DNA of 64,000 nucleotides from Candidatus Bathyarchaeota archaeon (GTDB lineage: Archaea > Thermoproteota > Bathyarchaeia > Bathyarchaeales > Bathycorpusculaceae): NCBI GenBank assembly GCA_963702095.1, contig OY969706.1, positions 160,001-224,000 of the forward strand, written 5' to 3'. Shown piece by piece: positions 8,939 through 19,520 of the stretch. A program made the position numbers and the translations under genes. The number at the start of each line of letters is the position of its first letter. The first letter of the stretch is position 1. The notes beneath the pieces are model-generated. The model was given only the letters and a program-made list of their open reading frames with translations. It searched no databases and was not told the DNA's origin.

Positions 8939-9856
8939 ATGATTGACACTAACGGTTTAACTAAAAAATTCGGGGACCTAACAGCCGTAGACAACCTCAC
9001 CTTGCATGTTGACGACGGCGAAGTTTTCGGTTTCCTCGGACCAAACGGGGCAGGAAAAACCACCACCGTAAGGATGCTTTGCTGCCTCATATCAAAGACC
9101 AGCGGAAGCGGCAAAATTGGCAATTATGAAATAGGCAACAAAGAAGACTCACTTAAAATCCGCAAAATCATCGGGTTTGTCTCTGATAACGTTGGATTAT
9201 CTGAAAATCTGACAGCCTACGACAACCTAGACTTTTTTGCAAAGATATACGATTGCTCGGAAACCCAAAGAAAAGAGAACATCAAGCGTTTTCTTGAGAT
9301 GTTGGGGCTTTGGGAGAAGAGGAATGTTTTGGCAGGAACTTTTTCCAAGGGCATGAAACAAAAACTTGCCATAGCCCGAGCCTTAATTCATGAACCACAA
9401 GTCATTTTTATGGACGAACCTACCGCGAATCTAGATCCTGAGGCTTCGAAAACAGTGCGAGATTTCATTCTTCAACTAAAAAAAGAGAAGAAGACAATCT
9501 TTCTAAACACCCACAACCTCGACGAGGCGCAGAGAATCTGCGACAAGGTAGCAATAATGAATACGAGTCTGCGGGCAATCGGTACTCCGCAGGAACTTGA
9601 AAGGTCCGTTAGCGGTAAGAAGACAGTTATCGGATTAGAACAGCAAATTAACGATGTGGTTTTGGGGGCACTGAAAAAACTGCCGCTCAAAAACCTGTCC
9701 AGCGAGGGCAACACAATAACATTTGATGTAGAAGACCCAGACAAGGAGAATTCGCCTGTTGTAGAAGCTATAGTGCAGGCGGGCGGTCATGTCAAATCAC
9801 TCAATGTGGTGGGCTCAACTTTGGAAGATACCTATCTACAACTTGTGAGGAAATAA
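8939..9856 (+). CDS. ABC-2 exporter ATP-binding subunit
   Basis: GPNGAGKTT, FSKGMKQK, MDEPT, H-loop. Confidence 0.95.
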   Translation: MIDTNGLTKKFGDLTAVDNLTLHVDDGEVFGFLGPNGAGKTTTVRMLCCLISKTSGSGKIGNYEIGNKEDSLKIRKIIGFVSDNVGLSENLTAYDNLDFFAKIYDCSETQRKENIKRFLEMLGLWEKRNVLAGTFSKGMKQKLAIARALIHEPQVIFMDEPTANLDPEASKTVRDFILQLKKEKKTIFLNTHNLDEAQRICDKVAIMNTSLRAIGTPQELERSVSGKKTVIGLEQQINDVVLGALKKLPLKNLSSEGNTITFDVEDPDKENSPVVEAIVQAGGHVKSLNVVGSTLEDTYLQLVRK

Positions 9857-9858
9857 AC

Positions 9859-10602
9859 ATGCGACTCTCAAAAGCGTGGATTATAACCGCTAGGGACTTC
9901 AAAATATTTAGGCGAGTTAAAAATGTCTGGTATCCGATTATGATTTTCCCTGTTCTTATCTCGGTTGGGTTTCCGGTGATACTGGAGTATTTAACAATCA
10001 GGGGGAACCACGGCCTCGCATCGCCAAGTGTTCTTCCAAATTTGCTTACCTCGTTTTCTTTCTTTTTAGTTATAGGAGCAGCGTATGTTCCCTTAGGGAT
10101 TGCCTCCTACAGTATAGTGGGGGAGAAAGTGGAGAAGAGTCTTGAACCGCTTCTAGCAACGCCCCTTACTGATGCAGAAATATTGCTTGGAAAAGCCATT
10201 TCCGCAATTATCCCAACCTTAGTAGCAATGTATGTGGCTGCAACAATCTTCATGGTAAGCGTTGATGCGGTTACTTTCAATACGCTCGGCTACTATTATT
10301 TTCCAAACTGGAACATCGCCACGTTGCTCTTGGTTCTGATGCCGGTCGCCATCGTATTGAGTGTGCTGTTCGGTGTGATTGTTTCATCAAAAGTTAATGA
10401 TGTTCGAAGCGCTAACAGTTTTGGAGCTTTTATTCTCTTTCCACTCATCGGCATATACTTTCTCAGCGAGACAAGCATAATAACCCTTGATGTAAACACC
10501 CTGCTCATAATCTCAGGCATCATCTTAGCGGTTGATGTTGCGCTTTTCTATGTTAGCACAAAAACTTTCCGAAGGGAGGAAATACTAACAAAATGGAAGT
10601 AG
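9859..10602 (+). CDS. ABC-2 exporter permease
   Basis: Six TM; GEK.EKSLEPLLATP...EILLGK. Confidence 0.9.
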   Translation: MRLSKAWIITARDFKIFRRVKNVWYPIMIFPVLISVGFPVILEYLTIRGNHGLASPSVLPNLLTSFSFFLVIGAAYVPLGIASYSIVGEKVEKSLEPLLATPLTDAEILLGKAISAIIPTLVAMYVAATIFMVSVDAVTFNTLGYYYFPNWNIATLLLVLMPVAIVLSVLFGVIVSSKVNDVRSANSFGAFILFPLIGIYFLSETSIITLDVNTLLIISGIILAVDVALFYVSTKTFRREEILTKWK

Positions 10603-10627
10603 CAAAGTTGGAAGCGACGAGGGGGAG

Positions 10628-10834
10628 GTGGAAAAAATGGTGGACATGAAAGATTATTATCAAACAAACAAAGGGCGACTCCTTGGAATTGGCGGAATAC
10701 TAATTATTGTAGGCTTGGTCCTCTATTTTGCAAGAGGTCAGGAAGCGGTGCTCGTATTACCCGTCATTGGGGCTGTTTTGTTCATTGCCGGTGTTATCTA
10801 TAAGCCTAAAAGGAAGGAGCAAATGACCGGATAA
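10628..10834 (+). CDS. Small two-TM membrane protein
   Basis: Two hydrophobic helices; follows the permease with a GGAGG RBS nearby. Confidence 0.6.
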   Translation: MEKMVDMKDYYQTNKGRLLGIGGILIIVGLVLYFARGQEAVLVLPVIGAVLFIAGVIYKPKRKEQMTG

Positions 10835-10921
10835 CACTTCATAGTTTAAACCTTAACCCATAATTTTTTTGCCCTGCTATTAAGGCTTGAACTGTAAGCA
10901 CAATCGTCAGCCGCCCTCACT

Positions 10922-13273
10922 CTAAACTTTAACGCTCGTCCGTTTGAGCCTAATGTGACGGCTGACTGCCCCCATTGTCTGGTAAAGTAGGCTGGCGATT
11001 GCAATGGCGAACGCGGGCATAGCGGGCAAGATATACCAGTATAATTTGGTTTGGGCCACCGTAAAGATTCCTATCACAATCGCAATCCAGGTGAGAATTA
11101 ACAAATCCTCTTTTGAACGTTTAATTGCTTTGAAAATACACAAGCCCACAGCTAAGGGGAGCAGAAGCATCCAAAGCAGAGTTTCCTTTGTGGCTAAATA
11201 ATTAAAATAAAACAGCCAATTGCCAACATGCCCCTCAATAGGCGTCACCGACCGCGTGTAAACGCAATAGACAAAGTAGTAGTTCCAGAATTCCTTTAAT
11301 CTTAAGCCCATATAAATCAGGTAAGGGCCAAAAACCGCCAGTGCAGTTGCAGAAAAAAGTCCAAGCTGCTTAAACAACAGTGCTTTGATGTTTTTCTTTT
11401 TGATGATAAAATAGCATATGATTATGAGTGGGATAAGTAGCGATTCTACTTGCTTGGTTAAAAATGCTAACCCAAAAAACAAGCCACTCAAAACTGCATA
11501 GCGGCTGGTGCTCTGTTGTTTTTGGTCCGCTAAAAGCATGAAGTACAAACTTGCCAACATAAAAAATAAGAGGGGAATATCCGTCATGGCATGGGTTGAA
11601 AACGCCCAAAACGTCACCATTGTCCCCAAAACCAGAACTGACAGTAGCCCCACATTGGCATTGTATAGTTTCTTCCCCAAAAAAAACACCACAACCAACG
11701 ATAAGGCACCAAAGAGTGGGACCCAAAATCTTGCAGCAAAAATGGTGAAGCCAAAGATTTGGTAGGAAAGCGACATCAGCCACATGAGCACGGGCGGTTT
11801 TCCTGTCCACAGCCCCGATTCGCCATACGTCCGTGGCATAAGATAATCGCCCCGTTTCACCATGTTGTAGGCTATTTGGGAATAGGTTTTTTCGTCACCC
11901 GACCAAAGTGGACCCGCGTTGAGGTTCAAGTAGAACAAAACGATGAAGGTGATAACGAGTGCGGCGCAGAGCAGGTTTTGGTTGGTTAAAACCCAGCGTA
12001 TGCCTTTTTGTTTCTCTGTTGCATCGGTTTTTTTAGTCAGCCTAACTATTTGAACATGGCGTACAACTGTTACAGCTGCTATAGCCGCAACTACGCAGGC
12101 TAAGGCATCAAAAGCGATGGTGCCCCATGACCGATTTTCGGTGGTTTCTGGCAATGAATCCACAGATGCATTTATGTTAAAAGCGTAGAGGTGCCCGTCA
12201 TTGGAGCCCACATAGAGCATGTTGTCTTTGATGGCGGGGGAAGACTCCACGATTTCTCCGGTTTGGTAACTCCACATTTCTTTGCCAGAGGAAGCGTCAA
12301 GACAGTAGATGCGATAGTCTTGTGAGCCCACGTATACTCTGCCGTCGGCTATGGCGGGCGAGGACCAAACCCAAAACCCGGTCTTAAACTGCCAAATCCT
12401 GCTGCCTGTGGAAGCGTTGAAACAATAGACATTACAGTCGTCTGAGCCAACAAAAACGCATCCGTTTGCAGCCGCTGGAGAAGAACCAATCGTATCTCCG
12501 GTTAGAGCCTTCCACTGCTCCTTGCCTGTGGTTGCGTTAAGACCGTATAGGTAGCCGTTGAATCCGCCGATGTAGAGGCAACCGCCGCTTATGCAGGGTG
12601 AGCTGTCGCCCGCTGAGACTTTGTGACGCCAGAGTTCAATGCCGCTAGTAGAGTTAAGAGCATAAACAAACCCGTCATGGCTGGTAACATAAACTGTTTC
12701 TTTGGAGATGGCGGGTGAGGCATTGATACTTGCGTGTGTTGGGAAAGTCCAGAGTTTGGAGCCGTCTGAGGCGTTAAAACAGAGGAAATCATACTGGACT
12801 GACCCTATATAAACGCGTCCGTCTGTGACTGCGGGGCTAGATCGAACCTTTCCCCCGACCTCAGATTTCCAAATTTGGTGTCCGGAGGTGAAGTTTAAGC
12901 AGTATAGCCAGCCGTCGTCGCTGCCCACAAATACGTAGCCTTTCTCGATTGCGGGTGAAGAATTTACTTCTCCGTCTGTTTTGAAATTCCAAACTTCTTT
13001 ACCCGTGGATGCGTTGAGGCAATAGACCGCGTGGTCTTTGCAGCCGACCACCAAGTAGCCGCCTGATACTGCGGGAGAGGATAAAACTGACCTCGACATA
13101 GGTATCGCCGAGCTAAGTCCCCCTAAACCGCTTACATCACTCTCTGAAGCTCCGCTATGGTTTAGGTCATGGCGAAACATCACCCAATCATCGGCTGATG
13201 CGGAACCAATTACGCAGGATTGAACTAGAAATCCTGCAAGAAGCACCAGTAGCAACCATTTCGGCGATCGCAT
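10922..13273 (-). CDS. Fusion: PQQ-like beta-propeller repeats plus GT-C (ArnT/PMT, GT39-like) glycosyltransferase
   Basis: Repeated SSPA....VY.GS.D...YC.NA..G...W; C-terminal DE..Y...A..M, KPP, R, TK, K...YILP. Confidence 0.85.
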   Translation of the reverse strand: MRSPKWLLLVLLAGFLVQSCVIGSASADDWVMFRHDLNHSGASESDVSGLGGLSSAIPMSRSVLSSPAVSGGYLVVGCKDHAVYCLNASTGKEVWNFKTDGEVNSSPAIEKGYVFVGSDDGWLYCLNFTSGHQIWKSEVGGKVRSSPAVTDGRVYIGSVQYDFLCFNASDGSKLWTFPTHASINASPAISKETVYVTSHDGFVYALNSTSGIELWRHKVSAGDSSPCISGGCLYIGGFNGYLYGLNATTGKEQWKALTGDTIGSSPAAANGCVFVGSDDCNVYCFNASTGSRIWQFKTGFWVWSSPAIADGRVYVGSQDYRIYCLDASSGKEMWSYQTGEIVESSPAIKDNMLYVGSNDGHLYAFNINASVDSLPETTENRSWGTIAFDALACVVAAIAAVTVVRHVQIVRLTKKTDATEKQKGIRWVLTNQNLLCAALVITFIVLFYLNLNAGPLWSGDEKTYSQIAYNMVKRGDYLMPRTYGESGLWTGKPPVLMWLMSLSYQIFGFTIFAARFWVPLFGALSLVVVFFLGKKLYNANVGLLSVLVLGTMVTFWAFSTHAMTDIPLLFFMLASLYFMLLADQKQQSTSRYAVLSGLFFGLAFLTKQVESLLIPLIIICYFIIKKKNIKALLFKQLGLFSATALAVFGPYLIYMGLRLKEFWNYYFVYCVYTRSVTPIEGHVGNWLFYFNYLATKETLLWMLLLPLAVGLCIFKAIKRSKEDLLILTWIAIVIGIFTVAQTKLYWYILPAMPAFAIAIASLLYQTMGAVSRHIRLKRTSVKV

Positions 13274-13378
13274 AATGCTCCATTAAACCATGGGAGATAT
13301 TAAATTATTCATCGATGCTTCGCTGCCATGAATTCTAAAGCGAACTCAACATGTTCCCAAATGCACAATCAAGCCTTT

Positions 13379-13686
13379 CCATGTATTCTTGTGAAGAAAA
13401 ACACCTTCCCCACACCGTAACAGACATAGAAAAACAATGCACCCCAAAAACACAACGCAACCCTCAACCAGTCTTGTGGCACCCCATAAAACGCCACACC
13501 CACATAAAGGGAAGGAAACAGTCTTTCTACAATAACAGTAAATCAAAAATTTGTTCTGTTTGCGTTTTGCTCCACAACCAGCAAGCAATCAAAAACAAAC
13601 GCTGAAGCATAAAAGCAACAGTTTGCACAATCGGCTGGTTGTTGTTGTGTATAGGAGGTTCTTGGCAACAACTAACAAATAAAAAA
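13379..13686 (+). repeat. Dispersed intergenic repeat, copy A (full length)
   Basis: 27/31 identity of 13410-13440 to 22683-22713; TTGCTCCACAACCAGC core; terminal hairpin GTTGTTG..CAACAAC followed by TAACAAATAAAAAA. Confidence 0.8.
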
Positions 13687-13875
13687 TTTGATCCACTGAT
13701 AAGGGAGCGGATAGAGTCGGCAGAGCAACAGAGGCTGCTTCTATGAATACACATTGAAATCTGAGCCTCAAACGCTTCTTGTCTTGCAATATTTATTTAA
13801 ACTTGGAACGCCAAACATAGCCAATATAGCTAATATATGCATGGCGTGTAAGGTACTCTTCGAGGATGGCATGGT

Positions 13876-14649
13876 TTGGCTTGGTATGATGACCCCATAA
13901 CTGTTTTGGCAATCGTTGCAGTGGTGGTTATCGTCTGCGGCACAGTCGCCTATGCGATGCACCGATACAGCACCACCAAAAAAGGCTCTAGCGAACCAAA
14001 AAAGCAGTCGCAGCCACAGCAGCAACCCCAAACCACGTCAACCGTTGACCTCCAATACACCAGCATGCCTTTTCGCGTCTCCAAAAGCGTCCAAACCTCC
14101 ATGGCGTCCACTGCCAAAGATGAGCTCCGTATGCTCGACCTCGAACGCGAAATTTTAGGAGACGCCATCCGACGCCTCTACGAGGCACAGGCAGAAGGAA
14201 AAATCAGCGAGGGCGAACGCGAAAAACTCGCCGCTTCATACAAGCAGCGGATGAACACCATTAAAGACTCCATCAGCAAAGACGAATCCATCATTGCGCT
14301 CCATGAACTTGAGGGCATGCAAGAAGACCTCATGAAACTGTTCAGTGAACGATTCGGCGAATTAACAAGCAAAGTCGAGGAACTCCGCACACGCATCGAC
14401 GTTAAACCCATCCGTGAAATCCCCGTTAAACCCCTCGTTGCCACGCCAATCCAAATAGAGGAAGACGACGAAGAAGAGACAGAAAACGATGTCTCCAAAG
14501 CAGCGGGCGAAGCGAAACCCAAAAGAAAACACAAACCCCCAGAAGAGAGACCCACCCAGAAAACCGAAGCCGAACGCCGCATCGAGTCGATTCGCAGTGA
14601 AGTAGAGAAGGTCCTCGACAAGTTAGGGCAGATGGAGATCGAAAGCTAA
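13876..14649 (+). CDS. Hypothetical membrane-anchored coiled-coil protein
   Basis: N-terminal TM, long heptad-rich region; 1 nt gap to rpiA. Confidence 0.75.
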   Translation: MAWYDDPITVLAIVAVVVIVCGTVAYAMHRYSTTKKGSSEPKKQSQPQQQPQTTSTVDLQYTSMPFRVSKSVQTSMASTAKDELRMLDLEREILGDAIRRLYEAQAEGKISEGEREKLAASYKQRMNTIKDSISKDESIIALHELEGMQEDLMKLFSERFGELTSKVEELRTRIDVKPIREIPVKPLVATPIQIEEDDEEETENDVSKAAGEAKPKRKHKPPEERPTQKTEAERRIESIRSEVEKVLDKLGQMEIES

Positions 14650-14650
14650 C

Positions 14651-15358
14651 ATGGACTCGGTAGCTGAACAGAAGCAGAAAGCCGCATTGGCAGCGGTAAA
14701 ACACGTTAAAGACGGCGACGTCGTCGGGCTTGGAAGCGGCAGCACAGCCGCCTACGCCATACAAGCCATAGGTGAACGCGTTAAAACCGAAGGCATCCAC
14801 GTCATGGGCATACCCAGCAGCTACCAAGCCTTCCAAGTCGCAGTCGAATCCGGCATCCCAGTAACCACGCTTGACGAGCACCCCATAATCGACGTCACAA
14901 TCGACGGCGCTGACCAGTTGACGCCACAGCTCTACCTCATCAAAGGCGGCGGAGCAGCATTGGCACGCGAAAAAATCGTTGCGTCCGCTTCTAAAGTCAA
15001 CATAATCATCGCCGACGAAAACAAAAAAGTCCCCGTCTTAGGCGCCAACAACCAGTTCGTCCCCGTCGAAGTCATCCCCTTTGCACTCTCACCCGTCAAA
15101 CTCAGATTGGCTGAAATGGGCGGAAAAGTCACGGTTCGCGAAGCCAAAGGCAAATTGGGCCCAATCATCACCGATAACGGCAACGCAGTTACCGATGTGG
15201 TCTTCGGAGAAATCCAAAACCCCGCAGAGTTACAGGTTAAGGTAAAGATGGTTCCGGGTGTGGTTGAAACAGGGTTTTTTGTGGGTTTAACCGACATCGC
15301 ATACATCGGCACTGTCAACGGTGTCGAAAAAATCGCTGTAACAAGAAAGCCACTTTAG
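14651..15358 (+). CDS. rpiA: Ribose-5-phosphate isomerase A
   Basis: GLGSGST, DGAD, IKGGG.AL.REK, PVEV, TDNGN, PGVVETG. Confidence 0.97.
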   Translation: MDSVAEQKQKAALAAVKHVKDGDVVGLGSGSTAAYAIQAIGERVKTEGIHVMGIPSSYQAFQVAVESGIPVTTLDEHPIIDVTIDGADQLTPQLYLIKGGGAALAREKIVASASKVNIIIADENKKVPVLGANNQFVPVEVIPFALSPVKLRLAEMGGKVTVREAKGKLGPIITDNGNAVTDVVFGEIQNPAELQVKVKMVPGVVETGFFVGLTDIAYIGTVNGVEKIAVTRKPL

Positions 15359-15438
15359 CATTGAGCGGTGTGGCTGATGGTTTGTAGTCACACAACTTAA
15401 AATAAACTGCAGCCCTCAAGTCTCTTTGAGGTTTGGGT

Positions 15439-15590
15439 TTGTCTATTCTTTTGTGGCTGGCGCTTATTGCAGTTTTGCTGTGGCTGTTCGGCTGGATAGT
15501 GTTCCCCGGCATCGGTATAATAATCCATATAGTTCTCTCATCGCCATAATCTTTCTTGTTGTCTGGCTTATAACAAGGCGAAAGCCCTGA
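15439..15590 (+). CDS. Small lmo0937/DUF5670-like membrane protein (one-base frameshift near 15537)
   Basis: TTG start after GAGG; MSILLWLALIAVLLWLFGWIVFPGIGIIIHIVL, continuing IAIIFLVVWLITRRKP* after a one-base shift. Confidence 0.55.
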
Positions 15591-15662
15591 CGGTTGTCTC
15601 TTCTGATGCTCTCACAGACATCTAACCCCCCTTATATAAAGGCAGAAAAAGAGGAATGTCTT

Positions 15663-16013
15663 ATGGAAGCAGTAGCTTTTGGCTGCGTAAAAATCAACGG
15701 AGAAAAATACGACAAAGACCTAGTCATCCATGCAAACGGCGAAGTCACCAAACGCAGAAAGAAAAAAAGCAAACCCCTGAAACAAGACTACGGCCACACG
15801 CCCCTCTCTGAGATGGAACTCGACTTTTTAGAGGAGGAAAAACCTGCGGTCGTCTACGTCGGCACAGGCTACAACGCCGCCCTACCCATCACACCCGAAG
15901 CCCTAGCAATCCTCGCAGACTACAAAACCGTCATCTTACCCACGCCCGAGGTGCTTCCGAAAATAGAAGCAGATAAAAGAAAACTCGTAGCCTTCATACA
16001 CGTTACTTGTTAA
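15663..16013 (+). CDS. Mth938-like domain protein
   Basis: FG.V.INGE.Y..D.VI...G.V..R.K; VGTG; HVTC C-terminus. Confidence 0.85.
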   Translation: MEAVAFGCVKINGEKYDKDLVIHANGEVTKRRKKKSKPLKQDYGHTPLSEMELDFLEEEKPAVVYVGTGYNAALPITPEALAILADYKTVILPTPEVLPKIEADKRKLVAFIHVTC

Positions 16014-17289
16014 CTGAGTTCTTGGGACATTGTTTCCGTTTATCGCGAAGTATTTTTGCCGCCAACACGGCTACAGCTACAGCTAATATGAAAACCAAAG
16101 GCACAAGAAACCATGGAACAACCGCCGAATCCGCTGGCGTTGACGGATTGCCAAATGCGTACAATCCGCTCCTTGTAACCACATAAACCATGCCATCAGC
16201 GACAACAGGGTAAGATTGTATCCAAGTATCATGGCTGTTGGGGATAATGTACTCCCAAATTATGTTACCCGTCGAAATGTCGAGGGCAAACAGTTTTTCG
16301 TCGATACTATACATACCCTCTTGTCCGTTGTCGACGTTTCCATACAAGTAAACGGTGTTATCGGCTGCAACTGGCGAATATATTTCACCGCTAAATTCGC
16401 TGTCAGTGTTGTTCCATAGTAATATGCCTGTTGATGAGTCAACTGCGGTGGTTCCAAGCACTAGGTATTGACCGACAATTACTGGGCTTCCTTTACCGAC
16501 GAACCCTCCAGCCATGGTACGCCAAAGCTCAGTTCCATTAAAGGCATCTAAACAAACAGTGTATTGCGCGTTTACGTAGACCCGTCCGTCAGCCACAGCT
16601 AAGCGACCAAGTGAAGAGTCAAGTCTATAGTACCAAACTTGCTTTCCGGTATAAGCGTTCAAAGCATAAATACCATCGTTTGAGGTGCCATACACACTTA
16701 GAAAAAGCAGCCCATCAGCAAAGGCAGGCGAGTTTTCAGTCCATAAGTCATCATTAACCCACAATAAGCTTCCCGACGAAGCGTTTACAGCGAAAACCTC
16801 AGTATGTGATCCCAAAAATACTGCTCCGTCAACAACTATCGGAGAAGTAGCCCCCTGCTTAGCGTAAATGAACATAAGCGACCCTGTAGAAGTGTTATAA
16901 GCAGCACTTGTAGTGTAAACGTACATTCCATCCACGGCAACTCCTATGTAATCATTAGGATTTGCTAGTTTACTCTGCCAAATTTCAGTACCGTTTGAGG
17001 CGTTAAAGCAAAAAAGATAATCGCCGTTAACAATGTAGAGTTTCCCGTCTCGGATAACTGGGGCGCATGCCAAATTAAAAATATCTTCGGAAATCCATAC
17101 GGGGGTAGCAGCGGAGGCAGGTACTGAACTATTTGAGTAACTTGTTCGGGCAGCATCATGCCCAAACATTGACCAATCATCCGTTGGCGAGGTAGCTTTC
17201 ACAGTTGGTTGTTGAGGAAGAGCACCTAAAGTCACAACAATAAGAAGCAGCAGCCCAATCAATGACTTGTTAATTTTAGCCACCAGCAC
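16003..17289 (-). CDS. Secreted PQQ-like beta-propeller repeat protein with C-terminal TM anchor
   Basis: Signal peptide, DW.MF.HD, repeated SP...DG..Y...A.NA.TG...W. Confidence 0.85.
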   Translation of the reverse strand: MLVAKINKSLIGLLLLIVVTLGALPQQPTVKATSPTDDWSMFGHDAARTSYSNSSVPASAATPVWISEDIFNLACAPVIRDGKLYIVNGDYLFCFNASNGTEIWQSKLANPNDYIGVAVDGMYVYTTSAAYNTSTGSLMFIYAKQGATSPIVVDGAVFLGSHTEVFAVNASSGSLLWVNDDLWTENSPAFADGLLFLSVYGTSNDGIYALNAYTGKQVWYYRLDSSLGRLAVADGRVYVNAQYTVCLDAFNGTELWRTMAGGFVGKGSPVIVGQYLVLGTTAVDSSTGILLWNNTDSEFSGEIYSPVAADNTVYLYGNVDNGQEGMYSIDEKLFALDISTGNIIWEYIIPNSHDTWIQSYPVVADGMVYVVTRSGLYAFGNPSTPADSAVVPWFLVPLVFILAVAVAVLAAKILRDKRKQCPKNSVNK

Positions 17290-17333
17290 CCAACCAACAA
17301 GGCGCTCAAAGACCCTTAAATCTATTTGGAAGA

Positions 17334-18106
17334 CTAAGCGCTGATTTTTGGTGGTGGACGCACCCGCTTCTTGCCCAACTTCACCCTTAGTGCTATGCGG
17401 TAGAGTTTGCGCAGTGACTTAACAAGTTGCTCCACAGTGGGCACTGTCGAGTAAATCAGCGGTATCTGCTCGTACTCGGCTATGCGCAGGGTTTCTTCAT
17501 CAGGCACAGTTTTGTGGAAGACGATCACGCGGGGTTTTAGGCTGCTAACGCGGACAATCATCATGGGCAAGCATCCTGACTCGACATTGGTGAAAACCAC
17601 TGCCCGCTCAGTCGAGGCGCCGAAAAGCTGCGCGTAATCCGAGCCAGAGTAAGCTTCAACGGCTCTGCGGCTATCGATAACCGTGTAACCCGTGACTTCT
17701 TTGACGTATTTTTCTTTGCAAGCTACCACTTCGCCGCCGATGGCTTTGCAGAGGTACTCCACGCGGACGGGAATGGGGAATTCACGGAGATCCACGACTG
17801 CCATGCTGGGGCTGCTGGTGAGTTTAGCGAATTCACGGATGAAGCGGCTGCCTTTTGTCTCGTCAATATGTATGAGTGAGAGGACGAATCGGCGGGTGAA
17901 TTTGGCTCCGGGGCTTTGGCGTCTGCCGCTTTCGTAGTCGCTGATTACTGAGGAGGAGACACGCATGGTTTCGCTTAGGCTCGTCTGCGAGACGGCGAAG
18001 AGTTCACGCCACTTCCGCACTGCGCTGCGCCTGGCTTGCTTGAAAGGATGATTTCTCCGGCGATTCTTCTGGCTAAAATTTCACGTAGACCCGGCGACAC
18101 AGACAT
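17334..18106 (-). CDS. XRE-HTH transcriptional regulator (COG1709-like), frameshifted near 18025
   Basis: Upstream frame MSVSPGLREILARRIAGEIILSSKPG joins RKWRELF..SQ..L...M.VS.SVISDYE.GRR.SPG. Confidence 0.8.
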
Positions 18107-18169
18107 GGATCATTCTTCCTGCTTGCATCTTCCACCTTCAAGACAGAGGTATAAAACTGTACCGTTTTT

Positions 18170-19070
18170 TTAAACTAGGAAGAGCAACACGATGCCAGCC
18201 ACGATTGCGGCTGCTCCAACAATGGTTTTTACGGTTGCTTTTTCTTGGAAAAGCAAGAAACCAGCGAACGTGGCAAACAGCGGCGAAGTCGAAGAAATCG
18301 GTATTACATAGGATTCTGGTGAAGTCTGGAAACTGTAATTCATCAGTAGCCAGCCTAAGCCGTTGGCAATTAACCCGCCAACGCACAGTAAGATTACTCC
18401 GCGACGGGAAATCTTGAGAAACCCCCTATCCCTATCGATGAGCGGCGCTAAAACCAGCAGAATCAGCGCCATAGCGGCAATACGCACAGTGACGATGGCA
18501 TAGCTGGCGCCTAAACCAGCAACCGCTGAGTAAGTTATGGCATAATCCATCATGGTTATGCCTATCGACCACACAAGCGCCGTACCCAAACACATGGCGA
18601 CGCCGACCCCAAGCTACCCTGCCCCTAACTGTTGGTTCCTGGGGGATTTTTTGGCTGCTCAAAAGCCAGATGCCGACCAATATCACTGCGGCTCCAACTA
18701 CCGCAGCAGCCGACAGGGGCTGCCCCCGCAGTAGAACTGCCCAAACCAGACTGAACAGCGGGTAAGATGCGGCTAAGGGTACGGCTCTTGAGACTCCGAT
18801 GGATTTTAACCCAAACATGTAGAGTGTGTCGCCGACGCCAAGCCCCAAGACGCCGCTGACTATAACAACCACCAGTACCCAAATGGGCAGAGCAGCTAAA
18901 ACCCCAACCAACCCTACACCCACCAGTATCACAATCAGCACAGCGGCGTTGGTTGCGCATCGCGTGATGTTTGCGGAGATTGGCTTGGTGTTTGTGAGTG
19001 CTTTGCGGTAGAGTATGGGTGCAATTGCCCAGCATAATGCTGTGCCGAGTGCAGCGAGTTCGCCAATCAT
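18170..19070 (-). CDS. EamA/DMT family transporter, frameshifted near 18615
   Basis: Two EamA halves in different frames (GELAALGTALCWA...GDTLY; ALVWSIG...PISSTSPLF). Confidence 0.85.
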
Positions 19071-19205
19071 CCATCTTTGACCGAGAGTCCCTTTACTGAA
19101 ATCTTGTTTATAAGGAAGTTTTGCGTACTTAACACTAACGTTCGCCGTCAAAAGGACAGCTGAACGTTAAGCATCGCAAACAACAGAAAAAAGGAGTGAA
19201 TATAC

Positions 19206-19496
19206 ATGTCTGAAAAAGCTAGTGACGTAATATTTGTTGGAAACAAACCCCCAATGAGCTATGTGCTCGCTATCATAACCGCATTCTCAAGTGGTACCCA
19301 AAAAGAAATAACCCTAAAAGCCCGAGGTCAAGCAATCACTACCGCAGTTGACGTAGCCGAAATTACCAGAAGCCGCTTCATAAAAGACCTTAAAGTCACC
19401 AAAATCGCAATCGGTACCGCAGAGATGCCGCCACGAGAGGGCGAAAACAGGTCCAGAATGGTTTCCACGATAGAAGTTACTCTAACGAAAGCGTAA
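19206..19496 (+). CDS. albA: Chromatin protein Alba
   Basis: IFVGNKP.M.YVLA...LKARG.AI..AVDVAE...VSTIEV.L. Confidence 0.95.
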   Translation: MSEKASDVIFVGNKPPMSYVLAIITAFSSGTQKEITLKARGQAITTAVDVAEITRSRFIKDLKVTKIAIGTAEMPPREGENRSRMVSTIEVTLTKA

Positions 19497-19520
19497 CCAC
19501 GACGGACAAATAAAAGAGTT

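Noticed and set aside
13346-13789. Short ORFs over the repeat copies (13351-13605, 13527-13754, 22581-22991, 22612-22935, 31156-31455, 45841-46113) that resemble each other
   Set aside because: Similarity comes from the shared DNA repeat; frames, starts and stops are not conserved between copies
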